Source of the DNA: Lama guanicoe
Taxonomy: Eukaryota
Assembly: GCA_013239625.1 (NCBI GenBank)
Contig: MU054212.1
Location: 7,600,270-7,664,269 of the forward strand
Length of the DNA stretch: 64,000 bases
Reading direction: 5' to 3'
Below the pieces are notes generated by a model. It ran no database searches, was not told where the DNA came from, and worked only from the letters and a program-made list of their open reading frames with translations. Shown piece after piece: positions 14,451-27,420 of this stretch. Each line of letters opens with the position of its first letter. Position 1 is the stretch's first letter. The position numbers were made by a program, and so were the translations under genes.

Positions 14451-15824
14451 TTGTAACTATTTGTGTACACATTATAGCTCCATGTTAAGGATGGACTTAA
14501 GGGTAGCCAAGGTTATATATCGTTTTGTTATCCATTGAATGTACATAAGGCCTTGAAATAATTATTGAATAACTGCTATGATTTTAGTACAAAACTAAAA
14601 TAAATTTAAAGGAATTGTCTCATTTAATTAGAAGGATGAATTCAGCACCCCAGCTGTCTAAGCTTTAACATCAGAATTAGTCATTGCTGGAATTGTAGTA
14701 ATTTTGCATATTTGCAAATATTTATTTGCATATTATTTGTCCTCAGGTGATATTATTTCTGGTAATGAAATAAATTTGTGGATCCAACGTACATGGCTTT
14801 AATGTACCACCCTTGGAGCCTTGTTTGTTTGCACAGACTGAGAGAGATTAAAGAGAAAATGAGCTATATTTACAACATGGTAACTCCTATTCAGGACCTT
14901 CCCACACCTTGAGTAACGGCAATTTGACTTTCATTATTTTATCAAAATTGTATCATTCAACATTTATTGAGTATTCACTATATAGTGGACACTATTCTGG
15001 AACAAGGAATATATTGTGAGCAAAATCAAGTGTTTATATAAATGATAAGGTTAATGATTACTGAAATATACATTTCACTTTTTCCCCCTCTACATCTAAT
15101 ATGCCATTTGGTATATTTTAAATTAATGTTATTCTAGTTTAGAAATAAATCAGTCTGAAAGTAAGACTAAAACCCTTTACACCAAGTTCAAAATATTTAC
15201 TTTATTTCAGTTCTTCATTTGCAAAATGTATTTTTTAAAATTTCCATATGGCTGTGAGATACTTGAATCTAGAAGACTCACGTTGACATTTGGACTTGAA
15301 GATGCATTTTTAACCATCTTTTTGCTTTTTACTATGACCTCATCAGGTTTCCCATCCAAACTACATACTGGATGATTTTTTTTTAAGTTAAAATACATAT
15401 ACATATATATGTGCATGTGTGTGTGTGTGTATGGTATATATGTAATCCACCACATACAGATAGTATTCAAATGAATTTCAACATCTCTGTTTTGGCAGGA
15501 ATTCAGATTTATAAACAGCAGGCTTCCGCCTGGAATTATAGTCTATGCAAAGAGGCAAAACAGATTGATTGATATTCATTCACCATAATTCACATGAGCT
15601 GAGAACACTTATCTCTTGATAAGGATGGCTAGAGGCCATCAGTAACAGATCACATGCATATAAAAGCCTGGAATATAAATAAAATAATCTCTTAAAATAC
15701 AATGCAACTGGAAAATAATATATATATGACATATATATATATATACACACACACACATACATAGATATCCAATGCTCCTCTATAAATAATTGTCAAATAA
15801 TTATAAATACAGTGAAATCTAATG

Positions 15825-15925
15825 TGTATATATTTATATATGTATAACTGATTCACTATGCTGTACACCAGAAACTAACACAACATTGTAAATCAAATAT
15901 GCTTCAATTAAAAAAAATTAATTTT
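15825..15925 (+). mobile_element. Short L1 3'-terminal fragment (cetartiodactyl type)
   Basis: ATAACTGATTCACTATGCTGTACACCAGAAACTAACACAACATTGTAAATCAA followed by an A tail. Confidence 0.75.
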
Positions 15926-18900
15926 AAAAAAAGGTTACTGAGACCTTAATAAGTGTCACCTTGTCTGGAATTCTTCACTATCATTGCTTCAGTAAGGTGA
16001 CATGGCATTGGCATTAGGTCCACAAGTGGATCAATCACCTATTTTTAAAAATCCTTTCCAGTATATAAAGAATTAATTTTTCCACTTTTCAAGCTAATCT
16101 CTACCCACTTCCTCACTTAAAAAAGTTAGACGAATGCAGGAAATAGATATATTCATGAAGAATCAAAAATGGGTAATAAAAGCTCATATTCTGACAAAAT
16201 AAAAAGGATTATTACGTGAATGTATCTTTTCCTTTTTCTTATGCTTGAAAAATGCATTAAATTTTAAATAACAGATTCCCCACCAAAATGTCTAGGCTGA
16301 ATACACTGTTTCCCTCATATTCCCTGAGGATACTGAAAAACTTTTTGTACTATTGTATCTGGATCATGAAATCTTAAAGCTACCTGGAGAAGGCTGCTTA
16401 AAGGTGTGCACATTCTTTCCCTCATGGAAATACTAAGGCTAGTCAACTAGATTACAAAGATTCTATCATCTCGTTTAAATCAAAGTCTGAAAACATCATC
16501 GCATCTTATGGAAAGCGCTGGTCAGAGCCATCTGAGACTAGAAACCACACACATTCACAACATTTTCAACTGTGCAGAGTCAGGACCACAGAGTGACTTT
16601 AGCCAAGGACATAACTGAGTAAATAATTAAGTAAATGTCCTGCCCTGGAAGTGGATTGGGTTTTTCTGAACTATTGTGAGTAGAACATGAATTTTGCTCA
16701 GATGTTGACAGCAGGGATTTGAGGGCCCTCAAGCAAACATTTCTGAGGAGATTTATGCACACTCTGTTAACTGCAAAACATATGAATTTGCAGCAAATGT
16801 CCATAAAATGGAAAGCTTATTTGTCATTTACAGTATCCAGCAGGAAGGGACTGAGGCCAATTCATTTTCCATGCATCTTTGCCTTTCTCCACATAAAGGA
16901 GCCACATTGAAAAATTCAAGAAACTAAATAATATTTAAAAGATGAGTATTTCCTCTAAATTGAATGGTTGTAGCTTTATTATATACAGTTTAAAATCACC
17001 ATTCTATAACATTTTAGATGTTTCTGATAATACGTTTAAGAAGGTTTTGTTAAATTTCAAGGCAGATATTACAGAGCTTTTGGAGATGGATTTCTGCTAT
17101 CTTTGCAGTTTCTCAAAGGTACTTACAGAGTAAATATAGCTAAGGAGATATGCTAAGTTCTGTTTTTTTTTTTTCAGGGGAGGGAGGATGTAATGATGAA
17201 TTTGTGCAGATTCATTACTCAGATGGAGAAGACAATACAAAACAGCACTAACTCATATACAAGAATTAAACAAGTTTCAGCAATAGGCAATATAGTATTC
17301 CTTTTAATTATGCCTTTACAATCCAGAAAATGGAAAGAAACTTGAAAACTATGATCTTTATCCTTTTTCCCAGAAGTTCATCCTTCTCAACCAAGAGATG
17401 ACAAATGGCATTTCAGAGTTGAACAGATCCAAAGGTAAAATCTAATCCAATCCCTTCATTTCATACTGCAGCAAGGTGAGGTTAAAAAAAAAAAGAGGCG
17501 AATCACTGTTTGACTTGTCTACGTTAAACACGTGTGAGGGCTGATAATACTCCAGAAGAACAAAGGCATATGTTTTTATTCAACATGCACTGTGTGCTTG
17601 CTTTGAGCCACGGCTACACAATGGTGGGGAGAAGGTTAGATTCTGCCTATCCCATGAAATTTATCTCATGGAAATGACAAGCTTGAAGTAATTTATCATA
17701 CTAACACATATGTTATCGTAGAGTGAGATAAGTAATAAAACGTGCTAAGAAGGAATGTGAATAAGACAGAAACCTAACTTAGGTCTGAAAAAGGCTTGAG
17801 ATGAGATCTGAAGAGTATATGGGAGTTAATGAGCTGGAAGGGGTTAATGGGAAGGTGGTTCAATGAATTCTTGTTCACAAAAAGATTTAGGGGATTTCCT
17901 CTTAGGTATTTCCCTCAGTTTATTTCCAATATCTCCTTTTTTTTTTTTCCTGATTCCTCTAGCCTGAATCTCTCAGTTTCTCAGAGTTTGAGCCTTCTGC
18001 ACTTTGCACAATTTCAAGAGACTGGGGTCATCTTCAGCAAAATGTATCAACTAAAAAGAGAGAGATAAAGCAGTAGTGGGATTTCACACATGCTCACTGG
18101 ACCACAGGGGCCCTTCTCCCCTGGTCCTCTGGCCAAAGAGAAAGGTTTTCCACTCAGAGTTTGAGGTCCCTCTCTGCCAGCACTGCCACCACACAGCAGC
18201 AGCACATTGCCATGACTGAGGGCACTCTTCAACTGAATGTAGGAGATAAAACGGGGGGGGGCACTCACCCCTTGTACTGCTGTCCTCGGATCCCCACCCT
18301 GGCTTTTATTGATTGTTTTTCAAAGCTCTCATGTAGTTATCTTTTGTATTCTCTCCAGAGTTCTTAGCATAATCAGTGGAAAAGACAGTCCCTAATGGAC
18401 TTACACCATTTTGGCCAGCACTGGAAGCCCATACGGTAGCTTTTTAGGAACAGAGAATTATGAGCCCTCCCCTGCCCCGAAATCTCCATTTTAATAAGAT
18501 CCTCAGGTAATGGGTAAGCACAGTAAAACATGACATATTCTGAGCTAAATAACAGGAACAAAATTTACAAAGCTCTTGGAACCTAAGAAGATTCATGCCA
18601 AGTCCTTCGATGAGGTCCGATCCCAAGACACACACACACACATGTTCACACATACGCATTTTTTAAGAGAAAAGGTAATTATCATAATTCAGTAGGGAAG
18701 GGACTTAAAACAGAAAATAAAATAAAATGTCATACGGAAATTGTAAAGAAAATTATGGTAAAGATACTTGATTAGGTACTTGTGAAGCCAGAAAAATAAA
18801 TACTGAGACTATTGGGAAAATCTTACTTATTTTCCATGAAAAGAAGCACAATTCAAAGTTATATTAAACTATGATTATAATCCTATAAAATATGCCAAGT

Positions 18901-21465
18901 ACCATACTTTAGAAAATAATTTAAGAAGAGAGTAACCAGGATGTCAAGGACATTGGAAACAAAGAGAGAATGATTGTCTAGAAGGAGGACTTCTGAGTGA
19001 GTCAGATAATGGACCCCATTTCGTTGCCCCCTGGGCACTTCCCCCTTCTTTTCTCAACAGCTCGCCCATGTTTCTTTTTGGAGATCTCATCAGTGTATAT
19101 AAGCTGGTTAGACAAAGAGACTCTAAACTCCACCAAAACTCTCAAGAGATTACAGTATAAAACCTAAAATCACTTAACTTACAGAGAAATGTAACTTCAA
19201 TATTCCCAACATTGGCAACAGTCTGACCAGTGCATCCTCCCTCTTCAGTCAAGTTATGTAGGAACCCAAACAATCATAAGGTGGCTTGTTAAATGTGGGC
19301 TGAAAGTGGATCACGTTACGGCATCTGGCTCATCTGGATGGAAACATTGTCCTCCATAATAGGGATATGCCTTCAGGAAGCACAACATTCTTCATCATCA
19401 TGACAGTATGTTATTTTGTCAGTAATGCCAACATCCCTATCTTTAACTTATGCTTCCACGGCTAACCAAGTACCATGTATTGTAATTTCTATATTAGCTC
19501 ATAAAGCTCTTGCTGTTCCCTGTGAAGCTGCTCAGTGTACAAAAAAAGATAAATTTGGAAGGCAGAGAAAATGATACATACACACTTTAATATCAAATTC
19601 TCATTATACATGCTAATATACAATTATTTGCTGAACTTTTGTGATAAGACGAAGATCTTTTCCTGAAGTATGAGTCTGCTGATAGACATTCTCAGTATAC
19701 AAGCCCTCAATAATGAATGCGTCGTCTATGACTTCCCATTTCAGTTACTTTAAAGAAGAATGAGAAGTTAGTTATTATTTGCAAAGTAATTTAGTCTGTG
19801 CGGAAACCTAAGTTTTCTTCTTTTCTTCCCTATTTTTCCTGATTATGTTTTTAGCCATCCACATTTATTTTGAGTCTTTCTAAAGCACTGACTTTAATAA
19901 GTTCATGCACTCATTTCATCAGTTTATGAGCTATTTAAATCACATCGTTATGATAATAAATGAAACTCACAAAAAAGGATGTGGGGAAAACATAACCAAT
20001 AATATGCATACAACTCAATTTTCTGTGCACGAAGCGCAAGTAACTACAGGGTAGACTACTATGAGTGAGTCTGTCCACACCCTGGGAAGAGAGAGCTCTG
20101 GTTAATTCACTAGATAATGAACAACTATTAAGAGATCTTTTTAGTATATTTTCAAACAAAATACCACCTAGTCTTGACTTTAAAATCCTATCTAATTAGG
20201 TCAATTTCTTAGCGTACGGTGTTATCATGACCAAGCTAGACATCAGGTCCTCACATGTGCCTCTTAGCTTTGCCCCATGTTCCCAGATTAAATCTCTAAA
20301 GCCCTCTAGCCATCTGGCAACTGTAGTTAGGTCCTATGAGTGTCCCTTCTCCACCTCCCCTCACCCTGGCACCCCACCAAAAAGAAAAAAAAAAACCTTA
20401 TAAAATATTGGCCAATCTTACGTCAATGACTACGATCTTTATATATAATGATGAGGTGCAAAAATTCAAGTAATATTTTCTGAAAACACATTAACTAAAA
20501 AAGGAAGGAAAATAACTACTAACAAGAAAAACACCAGCTCTCTGCCGGTAAGGCACGGTATTCCTCATCACCAAAATCAAGCTTCCAGGTCCTCCAACTT
20601 ATATTCTGAATCCCCTTCTCAACCTTTCCATTTTCTAACAGCTCCAAACATTTGAAAAATCTGTAACTCAGAATAACTAGCACAAACGAATATTCGATTA
20701 AAATTAGGAAGAGCAGAACTTAAGAGTCTATTAAATAAACCTCAGAAAGGGGGAAAAAATCAAAATAAAGATTTTTTTCTTCTCAACATACAGACAAGAA
20801 AATTATTTTCAAGTCTTCCTAATATCTTAACTGAAGGAGATACACCTACTCATGTTATTTTCTATATTATATTCCCCAAATATTAGGTGGATCTTCTTTA
20901 AAATGTGTACGATTATAATGTAATTATTTAAAAGTAAAATTGTAGAATGGTTATTTCTAAATGAGAATGTTATATTTTGTTATATTTTTCTATATATTCA
21001 AAAATATTTAAACATATATTATGTGAATAATAATCTCTTTTAATATGTGCACTCCTCTATCTACATCCTCCCATGAAAAACCTAAAATTACAATAAGTCA
21101 TTTCATATTCTATTTAGGAGGTATCTCCTAAACATTTTTTTAACTAAGTAAAAACATTTAGAAAAATCAAAATAATATCTATGTGTATATATATACATAG
21201 ATATTATTAGGAAAAATAGATATATTCCTAACATGATCAATCATTAAATATTTCAAATAATCTGTTAGAAATTACATATTTTACCAAATTATGGACCTCA
21301 TCAGAAACTATTAAAATGGCAACATGATAGGCATTAGGCCAAAAATAGCATTTAAATTATTCCCAGTTATATCTTAAACCACAAATAATCTTGGTCAACT
21401 ACGCTTTTTAAAAAGTTATTTTTAACTGAGCAAATGCTTTTTGGAAAATTTAAACTGAAAAAATA

Positions 21466-22101
21466 TGTATCAGTTTTCTTTTGCTGCAAAACTACAAATC
21501 AGGTGGCTTAAAACTTCATAAACTTATTATCTCACAGTAAAATATGCTGGTCCCATGTCCAGCACATTTTAACTGGGTCTTCTGCTCAGGTTCTCATAAA
21601 GCTGAAATCAAGGTGTCAGCCAGCTGCGTTCTCACTTGGAAGCCCAACTAGGGAAAGATTCACTTCCAAGCTTCCTTTGGTTGCTGGCAGAATTCATTCA
21701 TTGCGGTTGTAGAACTTAGGTCCCCACTGTTTTGCTAGCTGCTGGCAAAGCATGTTCTCAGCTCCTAGAGGTTGCTCTCAGCTCTTAACCACGTGGCCCC
21801 CTCCATCTCAGCAATAGAGAACCTCCGTTGCCTTGAATCCACCTCAGGATTTGAAACTCAATGACTACTTTCACTACTACAGCCAGCTTTTAAAACCCTG
21901 CTTTTAAAAGGGTTATGTGATTAACTCATAACCTTTCCCTCGCTCCCAAAGAGCCCCCTTTCTTCACGTCAACTCTATCACATTACATAACTCTGGGAGT
22001 GATAGCTTATAACATTCACAAGTTCCACCAATGCTCAAAGGGAAGGGAATTAAACAAGTGTGAGGGTCATTTAGAAGTCATCTTAGAATCCTGCCTACTG
22101 C
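21466..22101 (-). mobile_element. MaLR solo LTR (MLT1-like)
   Basis: GGTGGCTTAAAAC..TTATTATCTCACAG, GCTGAAATCAAGGTGTCAGC and AGAATCCTGCCTACTGCA are MLT1 hallmarks. Confidence 0.78.
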
Positions 22102-23167
22102 AGTTCACAGAAATTGAAGAATCATAGGGAAGACTGTTAGTAAAAGAGACAGGCATGTGGGTATAAAATCAAAGAAATCTGAGCAAGAAACAACTTGGAG
22201 TAAGATTTAGAATATTGCCTTAAAGTATAAACTCCATGTTCTAAGCCATATTTGAAACATTAACTCAACTGTGAAAAGGTCTGTGCTTGAATAAGTATTC
22301 TGTATAGAAATCTCCCCTGGGTAGAAAGATGTCTCTGGGAAATCTTTGTAGTTGTGGATGTAGTAAAAACTAAGAGGTCAAAAATTATTTCTCCTCAACT
22401 CCAAAAACAAAACAAAACAAAACAAAATTCCAGTTTATAACAAGATGATTTGATCCATATTCCTTTTAAGCATCTTTGAATCTATTCTTAAGTTTAGCAG
22501 AACCCTATTTTTAACATTCTTATTGGAATTAGTAAGTCTGAGATTTGTACAGCATTATTCAGTTACACAACAATATCAAGTTATTGAATTATACTGATGT
22601 ACTGCTTAATAATTTGATTTCAATAGCTGTATACTATTTATTTATAATGTCTATAATATTTCAAACAATATATTGAGTCAAGGGAACTATTTAACTTTTA
22701 TTCTTTAGTTGAGTGTTTTACATTCTACAGCCTCAACCATGGAGAGACCTCAAGCTCCTACCTATGAGACCTAAATCATGACATCTCTGCTCACTTTGGT
22801 AGCTGCCATTCCCTATAGAAAAGTCAACCTTTTCAACATGGTATGGAGGCTTCCCATAATTTTGCCCTAGTCTACTTTTCCAACTTCATCTTCCACTGTG
22901 TACCCTACACTTCAGCTGTTCTTGACTGTATACCACCTCCTTAACTTGCCTTTGATGACATAAACTCTTGCCTCGTACCAACACCAAATGTGTATAATTG
23001 TTTTATGGATGCCATGAATTTTTATGGCTAAGGAACTATTTTAACATTGTGTTTTGAGTAAGTAAAGAGGCAGCCTCCTGTAAGAGAGGAGGTATGATTT
23101 TAGCTGAAGTATAAGATCTCAATCACAATGTTTTACTATGAGGCAATATTGTACCATAGATTAGAGT

Positions 23168-23413
23168 AATTGTCTCCAAATTGGTATATGCACACCCCAG
23201 GCAATGCATGAGATGACCTACTGAGGTGAAGAATATTAAAATTTGTTCTTATATATTTTAGTATCAGCCCTATACATTTATATTTTGAATATATGTTATA
23301 ATGTGTGAAGTATTGATACAGAAGTATATATAATTTATAAAAATATACATATTAGAGGAATGTTCAATTTTTTAAAAATAACTGGAGTGCATTATTTTAT
23401 GTTTGGAGACCAA
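23168..23413. mobile_element. hAT-Charlie-type MITE remnant
   Basis: Inverted termini GTCTCCAAA ... TTTGGAGAC and an internal GCACACCCCAGG motif. Confidence 0.55.
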
Positions 23414-23419
23414 AGAAAG

Positions 23420-23640
23420 TACTTTGGAATCCAATTCAAATGATTTCTCATCCCAACTCTAAAACCTAGAAGCTTTGTGACCTTAGAAAGTTAACTTAAA
23501 TCACCATTTTCTCAAGTATGTAATAAAGTGTTCATATCATAGGACTATTGTGAACATTAAAGGGGACATTTTGTTTAAAGTTATTGGCCCAATCCTTAAC
23601 CTACAGTAAGAACTTGATAAATGTGAGGCATTATTATTGT
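23420..23640 (+). mobile_element. MIR SINE
   Basis: Core TGTGACCTTAGAAAGTTAACTTAA and tail TGATAAATGTGAGGCATTATTATT. Confidence 0.65.
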
Positions 23641-23739
23641 GTTATATTCAATACTTGCTATTGCCTAAAGAAGAAATCTGCTCACTAAAGGGCTCTAGAT
23701 GACCAGCAAAGTCATCAGTTTCTCAGCCTTATAAAGAGC

Positions 23740-24640
23740 CCACCCTTATGCACTGTTAGTGAGACTATAAGATGGGTGCAAGGCTAAGGAAAACAGTATG
23801 GTGGTTCCTCAAAAATGTAAAAACAGGACTACTATGTGATCCAGCAATCCCACTTGTGGGTACACATCCAAAAGAATTGAAAGCAGGGTCTTTTATAAAA
23901 AAAAAACAGTTAATTCCCCTGGCCTCAATCAATCTGCAGAGCAGAGACACAGAAGAAAGAGCAGGAACCAGTGCCCAGGTAGGAAAATTGTAATTAATGA
24001 ACTGTAATTAATGAACTGCTGGAGGCTCAGTGTGGAGACCGTGATGCTTAAAAACTTCAAGGTGACCAAGTCATGGGGGACTCCCAAAATACCGTTGAGA
24101 TTTACCTCCCAGAGCTCAAGCAGGTTCCCACATTAAATATATGAGAAAAATTCCTGTGAGCTTCCCCAAAAGCAGGGTCTTGAAAGGACACCATTCACAC
24201 ACCCATATTCATAGCAGCACTATTCAAAATAGCCAAAGGTAGAAGCAACCCCAGTGTCCATCGACAGATGAATAAGCAAAATGTGGTAAATACATACAGC
24301 CTTTAAAAGGAAGGAAATCCCATCACACACTATAGAACATGGATGAATCTTGAGGACATTAAGTGAGATAATCAATCATAAAAAGACAAACAGTGTAATT
24401 CCACTTATATAAGGTATCCAAAGTAGCAGTAGTGCAGAAAGTAGAATCCTGGTTACCAGGGACTAGAGCGAAGGGAAAAAGAGGAATTGTTGTTTATTGG
24501 GTGTAGAGTTTCAGTTTTGGAGATCTATTGTACAATGATGTACATGTACTTAATACTATTACATTATACATTTAAAAATGGTTAAGATGGTAAATTATAT
24601 GTTATGTGGTGGGTTTTTTAACCACAATTTAAATACATAA
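23740..24640 (+). mobile_element. L1 3' end (L1MB-like), interrupted by a 276-bp insertion
   Basis: ORF2 C-terminus (KTVWWFLK..DPAIPLVG) and a 3'UTR ending AAAATGGTTAAGATGGTAAATT. Confidence 0.82.
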
Positions 24641-24929
24641 ATAAATAGAACTTTTAAAAGAGTACCTAATATGACTATGTAACTAGTGCAGTGGTAAGTT
24701 AAGAAGGTCCCATCTGTGGTATGAGGCTGGGAAGTAATTTTCATTCATTCCAGTAATACTGAGCACCAATGATATATTACACATTATGGAAGGCACGGAG
24801 ATTAACTCCCTTCCTTCAAAACAGGTTTTGGAAAAATTACCAAGTCATCAAGCCATAGGCATATTACATAATGTGGTATGATAAGAACATGGTAGATTCA
24901 AGTGATAGTAAGTTGGTAGAATCAACCGT

Positions 24930-25670
24930 ACGCTGTTGGGTATGGAGAAAAGGAACCCCCCCTACACTGTTGGTAGGAATGTGTTGGTATAGCCACTATG
25001 GAAAACAGTATGGAGATTCCTTAAATAACTAAAAATAGAGTTACTATATGATCCAGCAATCCCACTCTTGGGTATAATCTGGAGAAAACTCTAAATTTGA
25101 AAAGATACATGTATCCTAATGTTCACAGCAGCACTATTTACAATAGCCAAGACATGGAAACAACCTAAATGTCCATTGAAGGATGACTGGATACAGAAGT
25201 AGTGGTATAGCTATGCAATGGAATACTATTCAGCCATAAAAAAGAATGAAATAATGCCATATGCAGCAACATGGACCTAGAAATTACCATACTAAATGAA
25301 GTCAGACAAAGACAGATATCATATGATATCACATATATGTGGAATCTAAAAAACCTGACACAAATAAACTTATTTACAAAACAGAAACAGACTCACAGGC
25401 ATAGAAAACAAATTTATGGTTCCCAAAGGGGAAAGAGCATGGGGAGGGATAAATTAGAAGTTTGGGACTAGCAGATACAAACCACAAATGTAAAAATAAC
25501 AACAAGGTTCTAATGTATAGCACAGGGGACTACATTCAATACCTTATAATAACCTATAATAAAAAAGGATATGAAAAAGAATATATATACATAACTGAAT
25601 CATTATACTGTACACTGGAAACTAATACAACATTGCAAGTCAACTATATTTCAATTAAAAAAACTGTCAA
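24930..25670 (+). mobile_element. Cetartiodactyl L1 3' end
   Basis: ORF2 C-terminus and a 3'UTR ending ACATTGCAAGTCAACTATATTTCAATTAAAAAAA. Confidence 0.85.
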
Positions 25671-27209
25671 GTATTGACTATAAGGAAGCAAGAAAAGGAG
25701 AAATCAAGCATCTTGCACAGATTTTTGGCTTGGATAAATGAGCAAGTTTGTTGCTATCCATGGAGAAAGAAAACTTAAAAATATTTTTTGTAAAAAAGAA
25801 GTAACTTTGGAGGACCTAGGATGGAGGAATAGAGACGAAAAATTCATTTTTGGATATGTTCAAATTTAGGTGCTTTGGGATATCATGATGCTTTGGGATA
25901 TCATCTAATAGAAAACACAGATCAGAACCCCAGAAGATGTGCAGTAAGTCACCAGAGACAAGTGAAGCCATGGATATGAGTACAATTATTCAGGATAAAG
26001 AGCGAGGAAAGGAATTCATGATGTATCTTGGTGAAATTATTTAATTTCAACGATACATAAGTAAACAATCCTTGAAATTTGGAAAAACAGGTTGGCCTTA
26101 GAATTTTAAACAGAGCTAATGCAATATCTATTGATGTTCTGGTGGAAAAACTGAAACAAAGAAATTATACCTAGCTAAGCTGTCCTTAGGTATGAAGGCG
26201 AAGGACAAATATTTTCAGTTACATAGAAACCTCAAAAAACAGAACTCCTGAACTCTTCCTTAGGAAAAAAATGGAACAAAAGATGATCAGGAATTACAGC
26301 TAATCAACTGGTAAATCAAAGAATTTAGAAGTAAAGAAAACCAGGTGAAAAAATAGGTAAGCATTTAAATATAACAAAGGAGAAATAGCTGTAAGAAACA
26401 AATTATCTACTGAAACATAAACATAAAAAATCTTGATGATAAAAACAATTATATAATTAATACAATACAATAAATATATAACAACTCTAATATAATAAAT
26501 ACAATCTAATATAAACAGGGAGATAAGCAACAAAGAGGTGAGAAGTGAAACTACATTTGTTACACACCTACCACTGGAGAAAGTCAATTATATGGTATAA
26601 AATTGAAATTTGTAGTTGAAAAAATAAATGTAATTCACTCTCAGTGTTTTTCTTAATCCTATCTATTAATTCAGGAATAAATACTTCTTTGAAGAAGCAT
26701 TTATCTATTGGCAATTTTTTTTTGAATTGTATTTCTTCTTTTGTTACATTTCGGTAATATTGTATTTTATTCTTCTTACTTAAATTAGCATATAATTATC
26801 CCAGTTTCAGAAAATTACTTCTGCTGGTTCATATACAGTATGACTAACAATCATTATATCTAATATTCTTTTGGTGTACGTGTTTGGAGGGACATCTGTA
26901 ATGATGCTGATAATTAGCTGATGGTGGTTATATCCGGGCAAGAAAGTTAGCATGAATTTTTAGTATTTTTTTCCTTTTCACTTAGATTTTTGAAATAATA
27001 AGAATGCATCACTTTAAAGAAAACAGTCATTTTTATTTTCTAAAAGTGGCGTAGGCAGAATAAGTATGTGAATAAATACATTAATGCACACGTAAGTATT
27101 ATGTATCCTGTATTTTAACACCAGGGTGATTTTGAGTTCATAATACATAATTATAATTACATCATGGTATTCTTGCTTTGTTTATAATACTTAAAATGGT
27201 TTCTATTTT

Positions 27210-27420
27210 TTTTTTACAATTTACTATGTGCCAGACATGCTATATATGCTATATGCTTATGAAGGATGAACTATGATTATTATTATCCAAAACTAGTTAG
27301 GCAAGTAATATTACAGACATTTACAAAGAGGAAACTGCATCCTTAGTAAAGAAACTTTCCATAACTCACAGCTCCAGTAAATGCCAAATCCAGGATTTAA
27401 ATCTTGCTCTAAGATCGATA
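27210..27420 (-). mobile_element. MIR SINE
   Basis: TTTACTATGTGCCAGAC ... CATTTACAAAGAGGAAACTG ... CAGGATTTAAATC. Confidence 0.6.

Noticed and set aside
14641..14660. REST/RE1-like TTCAGCACC half site (weaker partial matches near 16580 and 31648)
   Set aside because: No properly spaced GGACAG right half; matches of this quality are expected by chance in 64 kb.
25871..25904. Short tandem duplication of TGCTTTGGGATATCAT
   Set aside because: Two copies only, inside decayed L2-like DNA; ordinary slippage, not an array.
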